Shown in pieces: positions 26,568 to 32,000 of a stretch of 32,000 bases of DNA. Numbering within the stretch: the first letter of the stretch is position 1; each line of letters opens with the position of its first letter. Where the stretch lies: positions 60,001 to 92,000 of the forward strand of contig JBAZYK010000006.1 in the NCBI GenBank assembly GCA_041659405.1, read 5' to 3'. This DNA comes from Candidatus Altimarinota bacterium (GTDB lineage: Bacteria; Patescibacteriota; Gracilibacteria; UBA1369). The notes under the pieces are model-generated. The model did not search any database. It had not been told where the DNA came from and saw nothing but the letters and a program-made list of their open reading frames with translations. The position numbers and the translations under genes are program-made.

Positions 26568-26911
26568 ACACCTTCCTCACCAAATCCCAAAATTTCCTCA
26601 AATACCTGATTTTCACAATCATCGGGATGCTGGTGAGTTTTTTCCTTTTTGGAGCAGCCCTAAAAATCGGCTACAGCTTCAATCTGGAACTTTACGAAAT
26701 CGTCCTGACTTTTTTTGCCGCACTCTACGGATTCATCAAATTAAAAAAATTCAAAGCAGAACACACTAAAAACAAATTCCTGAAAATAATCGGAACCCAA
26801 AATCTGACAAAATCCATCCGCTACCTCATCTTAGGTTTAATGATCGGAAACGCACTCTATCTAATCACAATCATTGCCGGCGTAGCAACCCTGTCCGCAC
26901 TGTTCAAATAA
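26564..26911 (+). CDS. Small membrane protein, three to four predicted TM helices, unknown function
   Basis: MNTFLTKSQNFLKYLIFTIIGMLVSFFLFGAALKIG...; ATG overlaps the secA TGA stop (ATGA), implying translational coupling. Confidence 0.65.
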   Translation: MNTFLTKSQNFLKYLIFTIIGMLVSFFLFGAALKIGYSFNLELYEIVLTFFAALYGFIKLKKFKAEHTKNKFLKIIGTQNLTKSIRYLILGLMIGNALYLITIIAGVATLSALFK

Positions 26912-26929
26912 GAAATGTTAATTGAAACA

Positions 26930-27070
26930 CTAAACGATCCCGCTAATCTTCAGGTCTTTTATGTGATCCTCAGGGCTTTTTACAGCAAACTTTCCGGCAG
27001 CCAAATCAGCCTCGGATTCCTTTAAAGCAGTCTCCAATTCACATTCACGAAGATAATTATATTGATCCAT
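26930..27070 (-). pseudogene. Remnant of a Phd/YefM-type antitoxin (no toxin visible)
   Basis: MDQYNYLRECELETALKESEADLAAGKFAVKSPEDHIKDLKISGIV*. Immediately upstream RGEKSFIILT is in the same frame but has no start codon, while LHEAKINGTPFVV lies in another frame, which suggests a frameshift. Confidence 0.45.
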
Positions 27071-27207
27071 AGTAAGGATAATAAAACTTTTCTCACCACG
27101 AATGGTGTACCATTGATTTTAGCTTCATGTAAAGATGGCGTTGGCCGCCAGTTGCCCAAAATACTTTTTTTTGCTAGCGTCACCCTGACATTTTATAACT
27201 AAAAATT

Positions 27208-27834
27208 ATGGATACTCCAAGAAATGCATTTTTTCAATATCCGGAAGGCCTTAATGAGGCAAAATTAGTCGAATTGATTCAGACTATTCTTGATGGAATT
27301 GATCGCGACCAATTGATGAAAGATGAACATTTGCCCATAGTTCGTCATCCTCTTCTTCAGGAAAGAATTGGCACTGAGGTTGCCCTAAACACAGAAATAC
27401 ACAATTTAATTTCCAACGTTGCTTCAAAAACAAGATCAGATCAACCAACTGATGTTGAAGAAAAAATACTGCTCGCCAATGCTTCAAATCCTAAACAAAT
27501 GGCCACAAGCCTTGCAGCATTTAAAGAAGCAATAACAAAGCTTGCGCCATTAAACATAGACGAAATCTATCCAATAGACACATTCGTCAGTATGCTGTTA
27601 ATGGGAAAATTAAAAATGCCTACGCATGCTCAAGAGGCCATTCTTTATCCCGCTGTAAATCATGACCTCTATGAATCCTCCAAAGACGAAATATTGGGAG
27701 TAATAGAAAATTGCAGAAAAAAGTTACTTTCATGGATAGAAATTGCCGATGATAAAAAAGCTACAGAATTCGGCAAAGAAGTTAGCGCCGAAGCTGATTT
27801 TGCCAAAGACTGGTTCGAAAAAAGGGCAGCCTAG
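27208..27834 (+). CDS. Hypothetical protein, 208 aa
   Basis: Long uninterrupted ORF with ATG start and normal composition; no recognised motif. Confidence 0.7.
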   Translation: MDTPRNAFFQYPEGLNEAKLVELIQTILDGIDRDQLMKDEHLPIVRHPLLQERIGTEVALNTEIHNLISNVASKTRSDQPTDVEEKILLANASNPKQMATSLAAFKEAITKLAPLNIDEIYPIDTFVSMLLMGKLKMPTHAQEAILYPAVNHDLYESSKDEILGVIENCRKKLLSWIEIADDKKATEFGKEVSAEADFAKDWFEKRAA

Positions 27835-28021
27835 CCAACCAACAAGCCTTTTACGGCTTATTTAAGCTGTGCTGTTATAATTCAGCAGTTTGTTCCTACA
27901 TCAGATATTGGTTTTTCTAGAATTGTAACAGTGAGTAAAGAACCATCTTTTAAACGACCCAAAAAGAAAAGAAAGGATCAAATCCAATTGGCAACCTCAG
28001 AACCAGCTTGGAGTTTTTAGA

Positions 28022-29167
28022 TTACTTGTTCCCGTACCCATTCGGATGATTTTCATGCCACTTCCAAGCGGTTGCGATGATGTCTTCCAACTTATTTAGT
28101 CGCGGATTCCAACCGAGCACCTTGCGTGCTTTTGTCGAATCGGCAACCAACACGGCCGGATCCCCTTCTCTGCGCGGACCTTCTTCAATTGCGATTTTTT
28201 TGCCGGTGACTTGTTCGGCAACTTTCAAAACTTCGCGAACCGAAAAGCCTGAACCATTTCCCAGATTAAAAATTTCGCCGGAACCTTTCTCAACGCCGCC
28301 GTTTGAGGCCACCCCACCAGAAACCTGCGTGCCATTTTGATCGCTGACGCCCGAACCTTCATTAGCATCCGTCTGCCCTTTTTTAAACAAATAATCCAGC
28401 GCCAACACGTGCGCATCAACCAAATCGGTCACATGAATGTAATCGCGGATACAGGTTCCATCTGCGGTTGGATAATCCGTTCCAAAAAGTTTCAGATCGC
28501 CAATTTTACCAGTAAGCGCCTGCATAATGCGCGGAAGGATGTGCGTGGAAGGCTCATAATCCTGACCAATTTCACCGGAAGAATCGGCTCCACAAGCATT
28601 AAAATAGCGCAAAGCCACAAAATTAAATCCATAAAAATCCGCATATTTTTGGAGGATCTGTTCAAAAAACAATTTCGACTGTCCGTAAAAATTAGTCGGA
28701 TTTAGCGGATCAGTTTCTAAAATTGGCACATGCACCGGATTGCCATAAACCGCAGCAGTTGAAGAAAAAATGATCTTCTTCACCGGACGCGCGCCGCCGA
28801 TCGCATCACCCGCACTCCGCATCGCCTCCAAAAGCCGCACACCATTTACAGTATTATTTTCAAAATATTTTTCCGGAATTTTCATGGATTGACCAACTTC
28901 AATCGATCCCGCAAAGTGCAAAACCGCATCAATTTCATTTTCAGCAAAAACCTTTTGCAAAGCCGCAGAATCAGACAAATCAAGCTGCACGAACTTAGCC
29001 GAAACGCCAGCTTTGCCACCACCAGCCTTCGCCGCGCGCTCCACCGCCTCTTTATGCCCCTTGGAAAGATTATCAACAACCACAACGTCATAACCTTTTT
29101 CCACCAACGCTTTTACCGCATGCGACCCAATATAACCGGCCCCACCGGTAACCAGAATCTTAGCCAT
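28022..29167 (-). CDS. galE: UDP-glucose 4-epimerase
   Basis: KILVTGGAGYIGSHAVKALVEKGYDVVVVDNLSKGH, FSSTAAVYGNP, NPTNFYGQSKLFFEQIL (YxxxK), FVALRYFNACGADSSGEIGQ, DGTCIRDYIHVTDL. Confidence 0.93.
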   Translation of the reverse strand: MAKILVTGGAGYIGSHAVKALVEKGYDVVVVDNLSKGHKEAVERAAKAGGGKAGVSAKFVQLDLSDSAALQKVFAENEIDAVLHFAGSIEVGQSMKIPEKYFENNTVNGVRLLEAMRSAGDAIGGARPVKKIIFSSTAAVYGNPVHVPILETDPLNPTNFYGQSKLFFEQILQKYADFYGFNFVALRYFNACGADSSGEIGQDYEPSTHILPRIMQALTGKIGDLKLFGTDYPTADGTCIRDYIHVTDLVDAHVLALDYLFKKGQTDANEGSGVSDQNGTQVSGGVASNGGVEKGSGEIFNLGNGSGFSVREVLKVAEQVTGKKIAIEEGPRREGDPAVLVADSTKARKVLGWNPRLNKLEDIIATAWKWHENHPNGYGNK

Positions 29168-29236
29168 AAAAAATCACAAAACAAAAATTTAAGTTCGAAC
29201 CACTGGTTGTTACTCCCTCTGCCCGACAGATCCACT

Positions 29237-31519
29237 TTAATTAATATAAATCTCCCTCGCCTTCGCCCCGTTCACCGGCCCAATCGCGCCGTTTTGCTCC
29301 ATCATATCAAGCAAACGGGCCGCACGAGCATATCCCAACTTCAAACGTCTTTGCAACAATGACGCGGAAGCCTTGCGACTTTCAATCACAACCTGCAAAG
29401 CCTGCTGATACATTTCTTCATCATCCGAATCAGCCAAAGTGCTTTCCGGAATTCCCTGAACTTTTTCCTGGGCAACCTTTGTGGAAATAATTTCTTCCAA
29501 ATAATCCGGCGCAGGACTCACCAATTTAATATTATTGGTAACACGTTCAATTTCTTTTGTGGAAACGTAAATTCCCTGAATACGAACCGGCTTACTCATG
29601 CCACCGGGCAGATAAAGCATGTCACCTTTTCCAAGCAAATCTTCTGCACCAATTCCGTCCAAAATCGTTCTGGAATCGATTGAAGAACTCACTGCAAAAG
29701 CAATACGCGCAGGAATGTTAGCCTTAATCAATCCGGTAATAACATCCACAGAAGGTCTTTGGGTAGCCACAATCAGATGAATACCAACCGCGCGCGCCAT
29801 CTGCGCAATTCTACAAATTGAAGCCTCAACTTCTTTCCCGGCTGCCATCATCAAGTCAGCCAACTCATCAATCACAATGACAATGTTTGGCATTTTTTGA
29901 TGACCCACCGATTCTCTTCCTTCCTCGTGAACATCAACACAAGTATTAAACTCGGTAATATTGCGATGCTTATTTTCCGCACATAATTGATAACGACGAT
30001 TCATTTCCGCAACCGCCCAACGCAACGCAATCGCAGCCTTTCCCGGATCGGTAATCACCGGCGTCAAAAGATGCGGAATTCCGTTATATGAACCCATTTC
30101 CACACGTTTAGGATCGATCATAATCAACTTCAAATCGTTTGGAGAATTCTGATACAAAAGCGAAATCAAAAACGTATTCATTCCCACAGATTTTCCGGAA
30201 CCGGTGGCACCCGCGACCAATAAATGAGGCATGGCAGCCAAATCTCCACACATCGGTTTTCCGGAAACATCACGTCCCAAAGGCAATCTTAAGTTAGATT
30301 GAATTTCATTAAATTCTTTAGTCTCCAAAATTTCACGCAAATGCACCAAAGTTCGGTGATCGTTCGGCACTTCAATTCCAACCAAAGATTTTCCCGGAAT
30401 CGGAGCTTCAATACGAATCGCCTTAGCCGCAAGAGCAAGCGCTAAATCGTTCTTCAGCGCCACGATTTTTGAAAGTTTAATTCCTTCATGAGGACGCAAA
30501 GTATATTGAATTACCGTTGGCCCAACATGAACCTCGTGCATGCCAACATCAATCCCAAACTGGGAAAGTTTTTCGCTGATCTTCTGGGCATTATCCTTCA
30601 ATAAAGCATCATCGGATTCACCTTCGGAAATCGCAGCAGGATTCAACAAATCCATTGATGGCGGAGCCCAATTTGAAAAAACATCTTCATCACCTTCCTT
30701 GGAAGTAAGAGCTTCACGTTCCTCATTTTTAATTGGAATAATACGCTCAATGGTGGCGGTAGTCGCGATCGGCACAGTTGGCGAAATCTGCGCCCTTTTA
30801 ATCGTAATCATTTCTGCAGGATTATGATCAGCCGGCTTTTTAAAATCATCATCAACCAGAGCTTCAACTTTTCTCAACAATTCCTCGGGCATGTTCTTTA
30901 ACAAATCCTCATCTTCGTCCTCTTCCTCATCTTCATATTTACCTGAATTTCGTTGGCGAATAAAATGCAAATCCGGTTTCAGGAAACTGACAAAATTAAC
31001 AATCGAAACCTCAAAAGTTAAAAGAATCGAAACAATTAGCAAAGTTATAAAAATAGCACTCGCTCCAATCGCATTTATACCTATGATCTCCCTCACCAAA
31101 AAATTGGTAACAAAGCCAACATATCCACCATAATTGCCACCCTGGGCCATAGTATAAAGATCATTCATCGGCACCGAAAGATGCAAAATACTCAAAGATG
31201 AAACCATTAAAAGAAAAATTCCAACCAGTCTGGAAAAAGGGAAAACAATCTTCTTGGAAAGAAAAAGCATTAACGAAGCCCCGATCAAAAAAACCGGCAA
31301 AGCGTAAGTCCCCCAGCCCAAAATAGGCTTTAAAACACTAACCCACATCGCGCCGGCATCACCAAAATTATTGCGCAAACTTAAGAAGGTAATTGCGCCC
31401 AGGCCCAGGTAAAAAACCGCATAAATTTCACGCAGAACCGAAGATTTAACCTTAAAAGTTATTGCCCCCCTTTTGCGCCGAGTTGTGCGCGTCTGATTGC
31501 GACGACGTCTTCGAGCCAT
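29237..31519 (-). CDS. ftsK: DNA translocase FtsK/SpoIIIE
   Basis: N-terminal TM segments, LLVAGATGSGKSVGMNTFLISLL, VIVIDELADLMMAAGKEVE, LIVATQRPSVDVITGLIKANIPARIAF, C-terminal winged-helix gamma domain SASLLQRRLKLGYARAARLLDMMEQNGAIG. Confidence 0.96.
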   Translation of the reverse strand: MARRRRRNQTRTTRRKRGAITFKVKSSVLREIYAVFYLGLGAITFLSLRNNFGDAGAMWVSVLKPILGWGTYALPVFLIGASLMLFLSKKIVFPFSRLVGIFLLMVSSLSILHLSVPMNDLYTMAQGGNYGGYVGFVTNFLVREIIGINAIGASAIFITLLIVSILLTFEVSIVNFVSFLKPDLHFIRQRNSGKYEDEEEDEDEDLLKNMPEELLRKVEALVDDDFKKPADHNPAEMITIKRAQISPTVPIATTATIERIIPIKNEEREALTSKEGDEDVFSNWAPPSMDLLNPAAISEGESDDALLKDNAQKISEKLSQFGIDVGMHEVHVGPTVIQYTLRPHEGIKLSKIVALKNDLALALAAKAIRIEAPIPGKSLVGIEVPNDHRTLVHLREILETKEFNEIQSNLRLPLGRDVSGKPMCGDLAAMPHLLVAGATGSGKSVGMNTFLISLLYQNSPNDLKLIMIDPKRVEMGSYNGIPHLLTPVITDPGKAAIALRWAVAEMNRRYQLCAENKHRNITEFNTCVDVHEEGRESVGHQKMPNIVIVIDELADLMMAAGKEVEASICRIAQMARAVGIHLIVATQRPSVDVITGLIKANIPARIAFAVSSSIDSRTILDGIGAEDLLGKGDMLYLPGGMSKPVRIQGIYVSTKEIERVTNNIKLVSPAPDYLEEIISTKVAQEKVQGIPESTLADSDDEEMYQQALQVVIESRKASASLLQRRLKLGYARAARLLDMMEQNGAIGPVNGAKAREIYIN

Positions 31520-31578
31520 AATCAAAAATTACAAAAACAGCGATATTATACTAAAAAAGCTTCGTTTTGGAAATAAGG

Positions 31579-31974
31579 TTATTTACTTGCAGGTGCCCAC
31601 GGCCCAAAATAAGGTTTTTTCCGTTTATTTATTGTAAAAAGCTGACAACCTTTCTCATCATAGACAAATTTACCTCTCCCCTGTTCATTTTTCGCTTTCT
31701 TATTTTTGGGAATTATATATTTCTCAGCTAAAAGCTCGTCAAAGGCCACATCAAAATGGGCACGGTCTTCAGGCTTAATGCCCAAATCCTCTACAAGCTG
31801 CTCTCTTGAAAACGGATAACAAGTATCAAAATGTAGCTCATGTTGCGCATCCAATCTTGTTCGTAAAAGATGCTTAAATATAACCACGTTATCTTCAGGC
31901 AAAATTTCTCCCCCCATTCTGACTCCAGGCGTTCTTGGTTGTTTCTCAGTCCTTCTTTCTACTTCGAGTGCCAT
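31579..31974 (-). CDS. Hypothetical protein, 131 aa
   Basis: Complete ORF MALEVERRTEKQPRTPGVRMGGEILPEDNVVIFKHLLRTRL...; no recognised family. Confidence 0.6.
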   Translation of the reverse strand: MALEVERRTEKQPRTPGVRMGGEILPEDNVVIFKHLLRTRLDAQHELHFDTCYPFSREQLVEDLGIKPEDRAHFDVAFDELLAEKYIIPKNKKAKNEQGRGKFVYDEKGCQLFTINKRKKPYFGPWAPASK

Positions 31975-32000
31975 ATTTTACGATTAAAACAAGCGTATAA

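Noticed and set aside
28077-28340. Plus-strand ORFs inside galE (28077-28340, 28337-28705, 28889-29362)
   Set aside because: Antisense to a clear GalE reading frame; no independent support.

Overview
This 32 kb window looks like bacterial chromosome from a Patescibacteria/CPR-like organism. The lineage is my inference; TGA is used as a normal stop. Supportable content, left to right: PilT ATPase; three stacked GC-rich hairpins; a PUA/SAM methyltransferase (RlmI-like); tRNA-Ala(GGC) with encoded CCA; a translationally coupled operon of five paralogous small membrane proteins resembling T4SS/VirB2-type pilins; metG; a type IV pilus/pseudopilin cluster (PilN-like, PilO-like, PilC, three N-methylated pseudopilins, PilX-like); an RNHCP-domain protein; tilS; ftsH; an Hsp20; galU; a TPR protein; a RelE/ParE-Phd-like toxin-antitoxin pair; RNase P RNA; a polyprenyl sugar phosphotransferase; a CarD-like fusion protein; secA; galE; ftsK; and several hypotheticals. 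The most interesting signals are non-coding. (1) There is a family of 80-bp palindromic elements (31-bp arms around an 18-nt invariant core TCCGGGGTAGGGGCCCTG). Three copies flank hsp20, with arms that differ between copies but stay self-complementary within a copy. (2) The RNase P RNA gene seems to carry a ~160-nt 5' insertion containing a long nested hairpin. This is inferred from a perfect 10-bp P1 helix closing from 20098-20107 to 20703-20712 and a promoter placed exactly upstream. The five-member pilin-like paralog operon, the CarD fusion and low-complexity inserts in housekeeping enzymes are secondary points.
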